Shown one piece after another: positions 10,282 through 19,774 of a stretch of DNA of 64,000 nt; positions within the stretch are counted from its first letter, which is position 1; every line of letters starts with the position of its first letter. The stretch covers positions 640,001 to 704,000 of the forward strand of contig OZ250150.1 of assembly GCA_965237675.1 (NCBI GenBank), written 5' to 3'. This DNA comes from Candidatus Latescibacterota bacterium (GTDB lineage Bacteria > Latescibacterota > UBA2968 > GCA-2709665). Position numbers and translations under genes: made by a program. Below the pieces are notes generated by a model that saw only the letters and a list, made by a program, of their open reading frames with translations, ran no database searches and had not been told where the DNA came from.

Positions 10282-12087
10282 CTATTTCCCTTTACCGCCG
10301 CTGTTTCCACCTTCGGCAAAAATGACGCCGTTCCGTTTCCTGTTCACATTCAGTACAACGACCTGGCTTCCCGAAAGCACATAGTCCGTGGGAATTCGCG
10401 CCCTTTGTACAACTGTCTGCAGAACCTGTTTAACCGTATCCGACGAACGGGAAAACCGAAGCACCGAAAGCACCGAGTACGGAAGCCTTGACACTTCCCG
10501 CCCCTCAATCGTTACACCCTGCGCGCCGGACAGCAACTCAATGACCAATTCGTTGTTCCGGCCCGCTCGCCCCAAGAGACGGATGAGATGGTCCAGATCT
10601 CTGGCATTATATTCACCTGGCGCACGTTTGGCCTCCTGTTTTTCGTGGGCGGATGCGCTGGAAACGCGTAGAATCAGCCGGCCGCCAGGTGTTTGATTCG
10701 GAATGATCAGCGCCTCCTGAACTTGCTGCAGGCCTCCCCAATAGGGTCTTAAGGAAACCGTAACGCGCACCGTATCGCCAGGCTGGAACCGTGTCTTCTG
10801 CAGGCCAATCGACTTGATATGGGCGGTGTGCGCCCGCTCGGCTTCAACATTGAGGTCGAAGGTCACGCGTTCGATCTGAACCGGCTCGAACGGATTCCGG
10901 ATCAGCTTCGCAAGTGGCGTGGTGACCCCCAGCACGGCGCTTCCCAGCCCCAGCGGGCCGGCATAGACGTTTTCAACCTCCACGGATGGCCGCCCATGCA
11001 GTTCAATTCGCACACGGGACTTCACCGTTACCTCTCCCGTCAGCTTCTCGGACGAAACCATCGCGCTGAATACCGCCATCCTCACAAGAGTGGGGCTCAG
11101 ATCACGGTTTCGCAGGATCTCCATCTGGAACCGTTCCTGCTTGCCCGGGGAGCGCAAATTGATCTGCGCAGGCATCATGTCCACGTCCAGGCCGATGGCA
11201 CCCGCGATGCCCGGCGCACGATCCTGCACGATGGCGCCCATGGTTTCCCCGGCCACACCCAGCTTGAAGGACGCATATTGACTGGGCAACACCTCGTGAA
11301 TATAGGCTGCCGTCATCGGCAACGCCGTGGCGCCGCCAAAAATCATGGGATGTCCAAACCCGACCACCCGGTCTCCGTCGCGATGGGTCAGCGTTCCGAT
11401 TCCCGTCATGCTGAGATCGCCGCGAACCAGTTGCACGCCCAGCGCAGCCCCCGGTTCGAACGCACCGGCAGGCAGTCCCGGATCCATTCCACCGCCGCCC
11501 TGAACCGGCGTCCATCCCATCTTCGAGAACTCCTGTCGAAATTCAACCACCGCCTGCTGTGCGAAACCGGAGATCACAATCGGCAGGCTGATCGGCTTCA
11601 ACTCTGCAACATCCGTCCCGGTCAGATCGACCAGGCGGCGCGCGCCGATTTCCGTCAATCGGACACGCGAACGGACGCCCTGCAATGACGACGGACGATT
11701 GAACAAATCCACCATTTCCGCTATTGGCGTTATCCCGGCGATGGGCTCCTTGGCAAAAACGCCAATTCGATACGATACCGCACCAATCAGCTTTCCTTCG
11801 ATATAAACCGGACTGCCGCTCATCCCCAGGATGACCCCGGTATTCGACAGGGGGCCACCGGACAGCCGGGCGAGAATCAGGTCGCTACCGGGACCGATCG
11901 CGTTGTGCAGCACACCCAGAATTTCGACCTGAAACGTATCGATCCGCGTGCCCTGGAAGACCGTACGGCCGATACCCCGCATACCTCTGTGGAGTTCCTT
12001 CACGGGCATGGTGGCCACAGTCGCCCAGGAATTGCCGACAATTGCGCCCCACAACAGAGCCGGTAGCGTTATTTGCAGCAGGCGCAT
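10282..12087 (-). CDS. SpoIVB/peptidase S55 domain secreted protein
   Basis: Signal peptide; GRTVFQG, GVILGMSGSPVY, GFGHPM. Confidence 0.88.
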   Translation of the reverse strand: MRLLQITLPALLWGAIVGNSWATVATMPVKELHRGMRGIGRTVFQGTRIDTFQVEILGVLHNAIGPGSDLILARLSGGPLSNTGVILGMSGSPVYIEGKLIGAVSYRIGVFAKEPIAGITPIAEMVDLFNRPSSLQGVRSRVRLTEIGARRLVDLTGTDVAELKPISLPIVISGFAQQAVVEFRQEFSKMGWTPVQGGGGMDPGLPAGAFEPGAALGVQLVRGDLSMTGIGTLTHRDGDRVVGFGHPMIFGGATALPMTAAYIHEVLPSQYASFKLGVAGETMGAIVQDRAPGIAGAIGLDVDMMPAQINLRSPGKQERFQMEILRNRDLSPTLVRMAVFSAMVSSEKLTGEVTVKSRVRIELHGRPSVEVENVYAGPLGLGSAVLGVTTPLAKLIRNPFEPVQIERVTFDLNVEAERAHTAHIKSIGLQKTRFQPGDTVRVTVSLRPYWGGLQQVQEALIIPNQTPGGRLILRVSSASAHEKQEAKRAPGEYNARDLDHLIRLLGRAGRNNELVIELLSGAQGVTIEGREVSRLPYSVLSVLRFSRSSDTVKQVLQTVVQRARIPTDYVLSGSQVVVLNVNRKRNGVIFAEGGNSGGKGK

Positions 12088-12130
12088 CACTATGCAAACC
12101 CCTTTTCGAAAATTGGTGTGAGAGCCACGA

Positions 12131-12159
12131 AATTTACGGTGCGCCCTCAAAAAAGTCAA
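12131..12159 (-). promoter_or_regulatory. sigma70-like promoter for the S55 (and possibly rib) transcript
   Basis: TTGACT-17 nt-TAAATT on the minus strand, 44 nt upstream of the S55 start. Confidence 0.55.
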
Positions 12160-12311
12160 GCATTGCAGCGTCCTGTCTGCCGCGTCCTAAGTTCTTGCAG
12201 AACAATAACGGAACGATATCGATGGCGCAAATATAATACCGGTTTTCGGAGTGTGGAACAAGCCCCTTGTGCAAACCCGATCTTATTCTTATCATAATTC
12301 CATAGCGAATC

Positions 12312-12773
12312 ATGTTGCTGGCCGTTGGCAAATGCCGCAAGCCGTACCTGAGACAAGGCGTGTCGGACTATATCGAACGCATCCGGAGATACGCCAGCCT
12401 GGAGCAGATCGAACTGAGAGAGGACCGGGCCCCGAGGAAGGGCACTACGCCAGGTGACCGTGACAGAGAAGGCGAACGCATCCTCCGAAACCTGCCGGAG
12501 AACGCTTATGTCGTCGTCGTGGATCCGGCCGGAGATACCTGCAGTTCCGACGCACTCGCGCGGCGTATCCAGAAATTGCGTATTGAGGGTATGAGCCGAA
12601 TCGCGCTTGTCATTGGCGGACCCTGTGGCCTTGCCTCCCAGGTTATCCGGCGTGCCGACTGGCGCCTTTCGCTTTCTTCCTTCACCTTCCCGCACGAAAC
12701 CGCCCGTCTGGTTCTCCTGGAACAGATCCACAGGGCATTTACCATAATGCGCGGCGAACCGTATCACAAGTGA
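12312..12773 (+). CDS. rlmH: 23S rRNA pseudouridine-1915 N3-methyltransferase RlmH
   Basis: LLAVGK, IGGPCGL, LSLSSFTFPHETARLVLLEQIHRA, GEPYHK end. Confidence 0.95.
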   Translation: MLLAVGKCRKPYLRQGVSDYIERIRRYASLEQIELREDRAPRKGTTPGDRDREGERILRNLPENAYVVVVDPAGDTCSSDALARRIQKLRIEGMSRIALVIGGPCGLASQVIRRADWRLSLSSFTFPHETARLVLLEQIHRAFTIMRGEPYHK

Positions 12774-12841
12774 AGGCCAGCGCAGACAGACCCGTAACGA
12801 CGCGTGAAGGATTCAGGCCGTCCATATTCCGAAGCCCGTAG

Positions 12842-13085
12842 AAAAAAAAAGCCCGGAAAACAGGTCCATCCGACAGCCGTGGAGAGATGATTCCGCCACC
12901 GGAATCCGGCTGCCGCGAACGTCTCCTGTTTCCGGGCTTTTTAAATGCAGACAGAAGTGCCTGGATATGCAGTTTCGGGGGAATGGAAGGAACGTAGATC
13001 CGGCATCCACGGATAACGGCCGGAGGGGTATCGGCCCCACGGGTGCCGGAAGCGGGAAAGCTTCAATCGCAGGCGTTTTGAAAGC
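12842..13085 (-). ncRNA. Candidate structured small RNA of unknown family
   Basis: Upstream promoter, two long hairpins (12846-12942, 12999-13050), and a 9-U tract at the predicted 3' end. No credible ORF. Strand not certain. Confidence 0.35.
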
Positions 13086-13091
13086 AATTGA

Positions 13092-13120
13092 AAGATAAGC
13101 CATTGTTTTTTTTTAGTCAA
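13092..13120 (-). promoter_or_regulatory. sigma70-like promoter with an A9 tract in the spacer
   Basis: TTGACT-AAAAAAAAACAATGGCT (17 nt)-TATCTT. Confidence 0.55.
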
Positions 13121-13428
13121 GGGTAAGTTTGTCATAATATACTGTTTTACATCATCTTGTGGTCACCTACACGAAATATACCTTATATAGATTTTAACGC
13201 AGCGAACCCTCCGGAACCGCAAATCGCGGCGCCGGGTGCGAGGGTATTCCCGGAATCGATAGCGATATCGCCCCTTCCCTCGACACTCTCTTCTCTTACG
13301 ACTTCGAAAATACGTCCCTGTCCGATATCACCACGGTCATCGAGGAGGCCGGAGGGCACAACCTCCGGCGTAGCCAGATACTTCTGGACAGGCTCCCGTT
13401 TCGACGCTATCTTCGATGTTCGCGGCTC

Positions 13429-13597
13429 GCGTCCTGTCCCGGAAATATGTCACCATGCCTCCCTGTCTGCGTGCGTGAGACTCAGCGCACAGGCAGGCGC
13501 CGGTTCACCCCGTCTCGCTGCGTTGCTTGCGCTGAGCTTGTCGAAGTGCCCTCGCTCGCCGGCAGAATTTCGGCGATCTATTTCCGGTACAGAACAC
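13429..13597. mobile_element. MITE-like element, copy A (long form with nested REP-like palindromes)
   Basis: Terminal inverted repeats GCGTCCTGTCCCGGAAATA / TATTTCCGGTACAGAACAC (16/19); homologous to 18631-18720, 24779-24931 and 27419-27490. Confidence 0.65.
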
Positions 13598-13656
13598 CAG
13601 GAATCAGGTCCGTACAGATCGAACCCACACGCTTTCAGTGTCGACGCAATTATCGT

Positions 13657-15009
13657 ATGCCACATACCCTTACCATTACCCAGGCCAGCGCGGAAATTCG
13701 GGCAGGCCGTCTTGCTCCCCTGGAGCTTCTACGCGCCTGTTTTTCACAAATCGATGCCCTCGACGGACGCCTGCACGCCTGGGTCAGCGTCGACCGGGAA
13801 GGCGCCGAGCGTAGCGCCCGCCGTCTTCAGGAGGAACTTGCCCACGGTCGGTACCGCGGTCCCCTGCACGGAATACCGGTGGGGATCAAGGACATCATAA
13901 ACACGAAAGGTTTACCTACCGCCGCAGGAGCAAAACACCTTTACAATCTGTTACCGAAAGAAGATGCAACGGTGGTTGCCCGCCTTCGCCGCTCCGGTGC
14001 GGTCATCCCCGGCAAGACGGTTACCACGCCTTTCGCATGCTTCGATCCAGCCGAAACCAGAAACCCATGGAACCCGGTCCATACGCCCGGCGGCTCCAGC
14101 AGCGGGTCCGCCGCCGCCGTCGCGGCGCGCATGTGCCCCGCGGCCCTCGGGTCTCAGACCGGAGGTTCCATCAGCCGTCCTGCCGCGTACTGCGGCCTTG
14201 TGGGCCTCAAACCCACCTTTGGCAGGATCAGCCTGCACGGGATCCTGCCCGTCAGCTACAATCTGGACCATCCCGGTCCGATCACGCGCTCAGTCGCCGA
14301 CGCAGCCGTCATCCTCGAGAGCCTGGCCGGCAAAGATCCGCTGGATCCGCTCAGCGCCGACGTTCCCATCGGCAAATGCCGGATCGAGCCGTTGACCCGT
14401 CCGCCCCGCATCGGTATCATCCGGACATACTTCGTTGAAAACGCCGACGAAACCATGCGTGCCGCGACCAACGACACCGCAAAGCGTCTCGACTCCGCCG
14501 GCGCAGAAATCAAGGATGTGCGCCTGCCCGAATCCTTTGCCGAATTGCACGACAATCACGCCCTCCTGCTCGCCGTCGGCGCCGCGGCCGTTCACAGGGA
14601 AAGATATGACGCTCACGCCGACCGTTTTCCGCCAGGTCTACGCGATATCATGGAAAAAGGTCTCGCCGCCACGGCCGTCGATTTCGCCGAGGCCCGACGC
14701 CACCAGATTGCATTCAGATCGGAGGTTCTCGCTGCTTTCAAAGGCGTGGACCTGCTCCTCACCCCCGCAACGCCCACACCGGCGCCATCAGGCCTGGCAT
14801 CCACCGGCAACCCGGCCTTCAACAGCCCCTGGAGCTACGCCGGCCTGCCCACGATCGTGCTGCCTGTCACATCTACCCCCGGCGGCCTGCCCGCCGGTAT
14901 CCAGCTCATTGCTCGCCCCTTCGCCGAAACCCGCCTTCTCTCTATCTCCGCCTGGTGCGAATCCCTCCTTGAATGGACCCGCACCCCATCGATTCTTTGT
15001 GGCAATTAG
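13657..15009 (+). CDS. Amidase-signature family enzyme
   Basis: GIPVGIKD, PGGSSSGSAAAVA, GSQTGGSISRPA; start moved downstream of the MITE. Confidence 0.92.
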   Translation: MPHTLTITQASAEIRAGRLAPLELLRACFSQIDALDGRLHAWVSVDREGAERSARRLQEELAHGRYRGPLHGIPVGIKDIINTKGLPTAAGAKHLYNLLPKEDATVVARLRRSGAVIPGKTVTTPFACFDPAETRNPWNPVHTPGGSSSGSAAAVAARMCPAALGSQTGGSISRPAAYCGLVGLKPTFGRISLHGILPVSYNLDHPGPITRSVADAAVILESLAGKDPLDPLSADVPIGKCRIEPLTRPPRIGIIRTYFVENADETMRAATNDTAKRLDSAGAEIKDVRLPESFAELHDNHALLLAVGAAAVHRERYDAHADRFPPGLRDIMEKGLAATAVDFAEARRHQIAFRSEVLAAFKGVDLLLTPATPTPAPSGLASTGNPAFNSPWSYAGLPTIVLPVTSTPGGLPAGIQLIARPFAETRLLSISAWCESLLEWTRTPSILCGN

Positions 15010-15013
15010 AACG

Positions 15014-16231
15014 ATGTATCCATATCGGACCCTCACGCATCTCACGTGGTTGACGCTCGTTTTTCATCTTTTCGGCATCGCCCACGCTTCCCGTGCGAAT
15101 GTCCCCAGGCAGGATGCGGTCCGCCTCGGGATCGACCATATGCTAAACGAACGTTTCGACCTCTCCCACTCCATATTCGATTCCCTTATCGCCGTGGAAC
15201 CCGACCGTCCCGAAGGTTTTCTGGGTAAAGCCCTGACTTACTGGAACGCCAGCATGCTTCTCGCGGACGGCGAACGGTTTGCCGACCGTGTAGACCACCT
15301 GACAGGGCGCGCCATCAAGATTGCCGAACGGACGCTCAAGACCGACAATGACAACGCGGAAATGGTCTTCCTTCTCGGAAAAGCCTATGGCCTGCGCGCG
15401 GGCCTGGCGCTCATCCATGGCAGCCCGATAGACGGTGTACTCCACGGCCTGAAATGCCGCGACTACCTCAAGGAAACCATCCGCCTGGATCCGAACCATG
15501 CAGATGCCTATTTCGGGCTGGGCCTCGCAGACTATGTCGCCGCTCGCCAGCCACGTTTCCTCAGGATGGTAAGCCGGCTCCTTTCGCTTCCCGACGGTAA
15601 CCGGAAACGTGGCCTCGCACGCCTGGAACGGGTTGCCCGGGATGGCATCTACACCCAGCGTCATGCAGTCTCCAGCCGTGCGTACATCGCCCTCTATTAC
15701 GAGAAAGACTACGGAGACGCCCGCTCCCGTTTCGCGGACCTGCACAGGCGCTACCCTCACAGCCTGGACTACCGTATCCGTTACCTGGACGCGCTATTCG
15801 GACTCACCATCCAGGGCAGGCAGGATCACCGGCGGGCCCTGATCGACTCCGCGCGATCCATCCGTCGCATGGCGAAGACGCGCAACTGGGATCTGAACCG
15901 CTGGTCGCGCACCAAGCTGGATTTTATCGAAGGCTTTGGTCACTACCTCTCCGGAAACGTGGAAGCCACAAAAAAACATCTCGAAATCTACATACGCGAA
16001 GCCACAAAAAAAAGCTGGCTGCTTGGCCCCGCACATCTCATCCTGGGCAAACTGGCCGACCTGCGAAACGACCGTGAAATTGCAATCCGCCATTACCGCC
16101 GCGCGCGAAACCATGAAGACGTATGGGGCGTCCACGTCGAAGCGGACACCTATCTTCGGCTTCCGTTTACCGGAGAAGAGCCCGTCCGGCGACCGCCGGA
16201 CACGGTCCGTCGTTATCCGGAGAAACCCTGA
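15014..16231 (+). CDS. Secreted TPR-like helical repeat protein
   Basis: Signal-like N-terminus; TPR-like LDPNHADAYFGLG. The ORF-track extension upstream overlaps the amidase and is spurious. Confidence 0.75.
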   Translation: MYPYRTLTHLTWLTLVFHLFGIAHASRANVPRQDAVRLGIDHMLNERFDLSHSIFDSLIAVEPDRPEGFLGKALTYWNASMLLADGERFADRVDHLTGRAIKIAERTLKTDNDNAEMVFLLGKAYGLRAGLALIHGSPIDGVLHGLKCRDYLKETIRLDPNHADAYFGLGLADYVAARQPRFLRMVSRLLSLPDGNRKRGLARLERVARDGIYTQRHAVSSRAYIALYYEKDYGDARSRFADLHRRYPHSLDYRIRYLDALFGLTIQGRQDHRRALIDSARSIRRMAKTRNWDLNRWSRTKLDFIEGFGHYLSGNVEATKKHLEIYIREATKKSWLLGPAHLILGKLADLRNDREIAIRHYRRARNHEDVWGVHVEADTYLRLPFTGEEPVRRPPDTVRRYPEKP

Positions 16232-16450
16232 AGCGGGTCGCGCGCCTGGAATCACAGAGCCCCTCACACACCGCGGAAGCCCCGAAAACCCGGCCATCGC
16301 CCGCAGACGGCGCGTCGGATCGCGCCACAGCGATCGCACTGGCAGCCGGTTTCCAATGCCTTCCACGGATTTTCTTCTGGCTCGCCAGGTATTCGATCAA
16401 TTCCGGCTGTTAAACCTTGACGCCACTTCTGGAATACGCGTTATTTTATC

Positions 16451-16530
16451 GGATGGATCGTAGTGACGTGTCTATGGATGGATCGTAGTGACGTGTCTAT
16501 GAATGGATCGTAGTGACGTGTCTATGATGG
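16451..16530. repeat. 25-bp tandem repeat, 3 copies plus a partial
   Basis: GGATGGATCGTAGTGACGTGTCTAT at 16451, 16476 and 16501 (one mismatch in the third), head-to-tail without spacers. Confidence 0.97.
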
Positions 16531-16617
16531 GACGATCAGCGGAATGACGGCTTGTCAAAAAAACAGCCGTGTTCCCGATAATGAACATGCCCGAATCTCT
16601 TCTTTCAGGGAAAGGTT

Positions 16618-17424
16618 ATGGCGTTCGCGTCCTCAAATTCCCTGCGCCATCAAAGACTCGGTTTTACCCGGGAGCGTATCCACTATCCCGCGCCTTCGTC
16701 CCGGCCATGGATCGTCCCCACCGTGGTACGTTTCAAGAACCCGGACGTAGACCTGAAGCTGCACTACCTGAAAATCATTCGCGTTTCCGTAGTCCTCTCT
16801 TCAATACTCCTCGCTCTTTTGTGCCTCGTCTTTCCGACGTTTGAATTTCGCAGCTATTCAGCCTATCCCGCGCCGATTATCATCACGCTCGAAGATATCC
16901 CTGAAACCTATCAGGCGCCAAAACCCGAAACCGAAGATGTGATTTTGGGCTCAGGCGACCTGGATGGCATGGCCGTCGTTGACACCGTCGAAGGAGAGGA
17001 ATCGGACATCGACTTTCTCGCCAACCTCCATATCGATGACACGCTCGGCGATATGGATCGGACGCTTGACGAGGATGCCGTGGAATTCTGGGCTGTTTCA
17101 AAAGAACCGGTACTCGTACGTGAGGTGCTGCCCATCTACCCCAAAATCGCCCACGAGTCCGGCCTCGAAGGGGCTGTCTTCGTCAAATTCGCCGTTGGCA
17201 CGGACGGACGGGTCAAAGAAGCCTCGATTCTGAAGGGTCCCAGGATATTTCACGCATCCGCCCTGGAAGCCGTCTACCAATTTATCTTCAAACCAGCTCT
17301 TCAAAACGACAAGCCTGTCGCGGTCTGGATGACGCTCCCCATACGTTTCCGCCTTGTTGACAACCCGCTTGAACCCCGGCCCCTGCAGGTATTCGAAACG
17401 CCATCGGTGCGCATTTCGCATTGA
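16618..17424 (+). CDS. TonB family protein (start uncertain)
   Basis: One TM helix plus TonB C-terminal domain (PIYPKIAHESGLEGAVFVKFAVGTDGRV...FKPALQNDKPV); paralog of 51146-51817. Confidence 0.85.
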   Translation: MAFASSNSLRHQRLGFTRERIHYPAPSSRPWIVPTVVRFKNPDVDLKLHYLKIIRVSVVLSSILLALLCLVFPTFEFRSYSAYPAPIIITLEDIPETYQAPKPETEDVILGSGDLDGMAVVDTVEGEESDIDFLANLHIDDTLGDMDRTLDEDAVEFWAVSKEPVLVREVLPIYPKIAHESGLEGAVFVKFAVGTDGRVKEASILKGPRIFHASALEAVYQFIFKPALQNDKPVAVWMTLPIRFRLVDNPLEPRPLQVFETPSVRISH

Positions 17425-17443
17425 ACGCGCCAATTCCTCTATT

Positions 17444-18442
17444 CTACTCCTCCCGATCAATCGCGCCGCCGGAATAAGTCACTTCCTTTAAACGACCCTG
17501 TTCGTCCAGCCGAACCAGCAGGGTAAAAGCTCGCCTGTTCAGAAATTGCGGATTGTGATCCAGCGCCATCCGCAAGGCAAGCGAACCCAGCCAACCCAGG
17601 CCGTCGGCCCGAATCGCAAACCGCAGATCGTGAAGTAGAAACTTTCGTCCACTCTCCCCGGACTCCGCCACCGCCGGGAATCGTGCGAACCAGCGATAGA
17701 TCTGCCCGTCCCGCCGTTCCCACACACGTTCCAGACGGGGCTCCGAAAGCGCCGACCGGTATGTTTTCGGCGTCCCGGCAACCCCTGAAAACAAAGACAC
17801 GGGCACGTCGTACCATTCTTCCTCACTGGATGCGATTCCCCGCCGGTGCAGAGGAGAGAAGGGCACCGGAACCGCAGCGACGGCCTTCAGGCCCCTTTCT
17901 GTTGCCCAGCGGTCCAGATAAACGCAGGAAATAGTCGAAACGCCAATATTGAGCGCCATATAGGCGGCAAGCGCCATCGCGCCCAAACGGTACCCGCTGG
18001 TTCCCCTTCCCTTCCACCCGAGAATCAGCCCGCCGATCAGAATCAGATCCAGGTACGGGTCGATAATGAACAGCACGTCAAATAACGCCCGATACCTGGA
18101 AAATGGCATAAAGATCATCGTCCCATAGGAAGTCACCAGGTCGAACAGAATATGCAGCGACAGACCAAACAGGGCGACGGCATATAGCTTTGCAAGCGGG
18201 ACTTCCTTGAGTATGAAACACCGGACAACCCATGCCACGGCGAGGGCGCCAATCGCGACGCCGAAAAACGAATGTGTCATCCCCCGGTGCGTTTGCAGGC
18301 TGTCGAGCGCGTCGCTCGAAAAGAACACATCCACATCCGGCAATACACTGGTGAGGGTAACCAGATTCACATACCCCCGGTTCTGCGGCCATACGGATCT
18401 TGCAACGAGCCTGCCAACCAGGCCGTGCGTCGGGGTATCCAT
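17444..18442 (-). CDS. Membrane-bound metal-dependent hydrolase (YdjM-like)
   Basis: MDTPTHGL, LPDVD, HRGMTHS, HILFDLVTSYGT, LFIIDP. Confidence 0.88.
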   Translation of the reverse strand: MDTPTHGLVGRLVARSVWPQNRGYVNLVTLTSVLPDVDVFFSSDALDSLQTHRGMTHSFFGVAIGALAVAWVVRCFILKEVPLAKLYAVALFGLSLHILFDLVTSYGTMIFMPFSRYRALFDVLFIIDPYLDLILIGGLILGWKGRGTSGYRLGAMALAAYMALNIGVSTISCVYLDRWATERGLKAVAAVPVPFSPLHRRGIASSEEEWYDVPVSLFSGVAGTPKTYRSALSEPRLERVWERRDGQIYRWFARFPAVAESGESGRKFLLHDLRFAIRADGLGWLGSLALRMALDHNPQFLNRRAFTLLVRLDEQGRLKEVTYSGGAIDREE

Positions 18443-18630
18443 CCCGTTTGCCTTTGCTTCCGAAAGGAATGAAGCGGAAATCGGCGGCGGCGTTCCCTCG
18501 TCTCAAGGTCCAGCCGCGCGGCACCGGTCTGCGACTTGCCGTACGCATTGAATATACCCAATGCCCGGGCGGAATCAACCCCGCGAAAACGCAGCTTGAC
18601 AACGCGGGTTCCGGCGATGTAACATAGGTC

Positions 18631-18720
18631 CAGACGGGATGAACCCGCGCCTGCCTGTGCGTGCAGCCTCTCGCACGCAGACAGGGAAAAATGGTGACAT
18701 ATTTCCGGGACAGGACGCTA
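18631..18720. mobile_element. MITE-like element, copy C (one end, inverted relative to A)
   Basis: Reverse complement matches 13429-13515, including the TIR and the CCTGTCTGCGTGCG...CGCACAGGCAGG palindrome. Confidence 0.65.
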
Positions 18721-18764
18721 ATTTCCCTTTCTTTGCACGGAAGGGTTGATGGGGGGTTGAAAAT

Positions 18765-19496
18765 ATGTCCAGGCTTGAAGGTAAAGTCGCGTTGGTAACC
18801 GGCGGAAATCAGGGTATCGGGAAGGGAATCGCGCGGGCACTGGCCAAAGAGGGCGCGAACCTGGTGTTGACGGCCCGAACGGTGGAGACACTGGAATCGG
18901 CGGCGAAAGAGATCCGTGCGGAAGGCGTGGAGGCGCTGGTGGCGCCCGCGGACGTCACCGACGAAACGCAGGTGGAGGCCGTGTTCGCGCAAACGATGCA
19001 ACGGTTCGGAAGGGTGGATATACTTGTGAATAACGCGGCGGCGTTCGACGGGGGACCCATCGACAAGCTTTCCGCATCCGCCTGGGATTGGGCAATGGCG
19101 GTGAATCTGCGCGGACCCTTTCTGTGTACGCGGGCGGCGTTTCGCATCATGAAAGAACAGGGCGGCGGCCGGATAATAAATATAGGCAGCATTTCCGCGC
19201 AGCGGGTCCGTCCGAATTCCGCACCCTACAGCACGAGCAAATTCGGCATCACGGGCCTGACGCACGCCACGGCGCTGGACGGCCGGGACTACGGTATCGT
19301 TTGCTCATGCCTGCACCCCGGCAATACGCTGGTGGAACGTCGCCAGGTATCCGACGCGCCCACGGACGAGGAACCGATGATGACGGTGGATGAATTGGCG
19401 CAGGCCGCGGTCACCATGGCCACACTGCCGCTCCACGTCAACATGCTGGAGGCAATCGTGCTGCCCGTGGGGCAGCTATACGTTGGAAGAGGATGA
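18765..19496 (+). CDS. Short-chain dehydrogenase/reductase
   Basis: TGGNQGIG, VNNAA, YSTSK (YxxxK). Confidence 0.93.
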   Translation: MSRLEGKVALVTGGNQGIGKGIARALAKEGANLVLTARTVETLESAAKEIRAEGVEALVAPADVTDETQVEAVFAQTMQRFGRVDILVNNAAAFDGGPIDKLSASAWDWAMAVNLRGPFLCTRAAFRIMKEQGGGRIINIGSISAQRVRPNSAPYSTSKFGITGLTHATALDGRDYGIVCSCLHPGNTLVERRQVSDAPTDEEPMMTVDELAQAAVTMATLPLHVNMLEAIVLPVGQLYVGRG

Positions 19497-19660
19497 AGGG
19501 TTACCGGCAATGTTCGAGGCCTATATGGTTCCGATTTCCAGGTGCAGGCGACAGGCGATCGTCGGAATGGGAAACGGCTTAACGGAGAACTGAATGCGCG
19601 TGAATTAAGGCCAGGTTCAAGGATCGGCGCGGCCAGTTTTTTTTGGATCGAGAAATTTTC

Positions 19661-19689
19661 TTGACACTCGGTATATGATTGTTTAATGT
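19661..19689 (+). promoter_or_regulatory. sigma70-like promoter of the leader/trp-aro cluster
   Basis: TTGACA (19661-19666), 17 nt, TAATGT (19684-19689). Confidence 0.65.
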
Positions 19690-19774
19690 TACACCGTTCC
19701 TGTCGTAGCGGCTTTTCGCCGGAACCTGGCACCGGTACGAGGCGAACAGATGCCTTGATCAAAGGGGATCGAAC

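Noticed and set aside
12846-12942. SRP (4.5S) RNA
   Set aside because: Similar length, but it lacks the conserved CAGG/GNRA/AGCAG helix-8 motif on both strands.
13230-13428. Protein-like + strand frame (GIDSDIAPSLDTLFSYDFENTSLSDITTVIEE)
   Set aside because: No start, SD or recognisable family; cannot be supported without a search.
16451-16530. Possible CRISPR array
   Set aside because: Units are contiguous with no unique spacers, and no cas genes are in the window.
19714-19746. T-box-like TGGCACC inside a TTCGCC/GGCGAA hairpin upstream of the leader
   Set aside because: Too close to the predicted TSS to fit a T-box stem I, and not adjacent to the terminator. The leader-peptide model explains the terminator.
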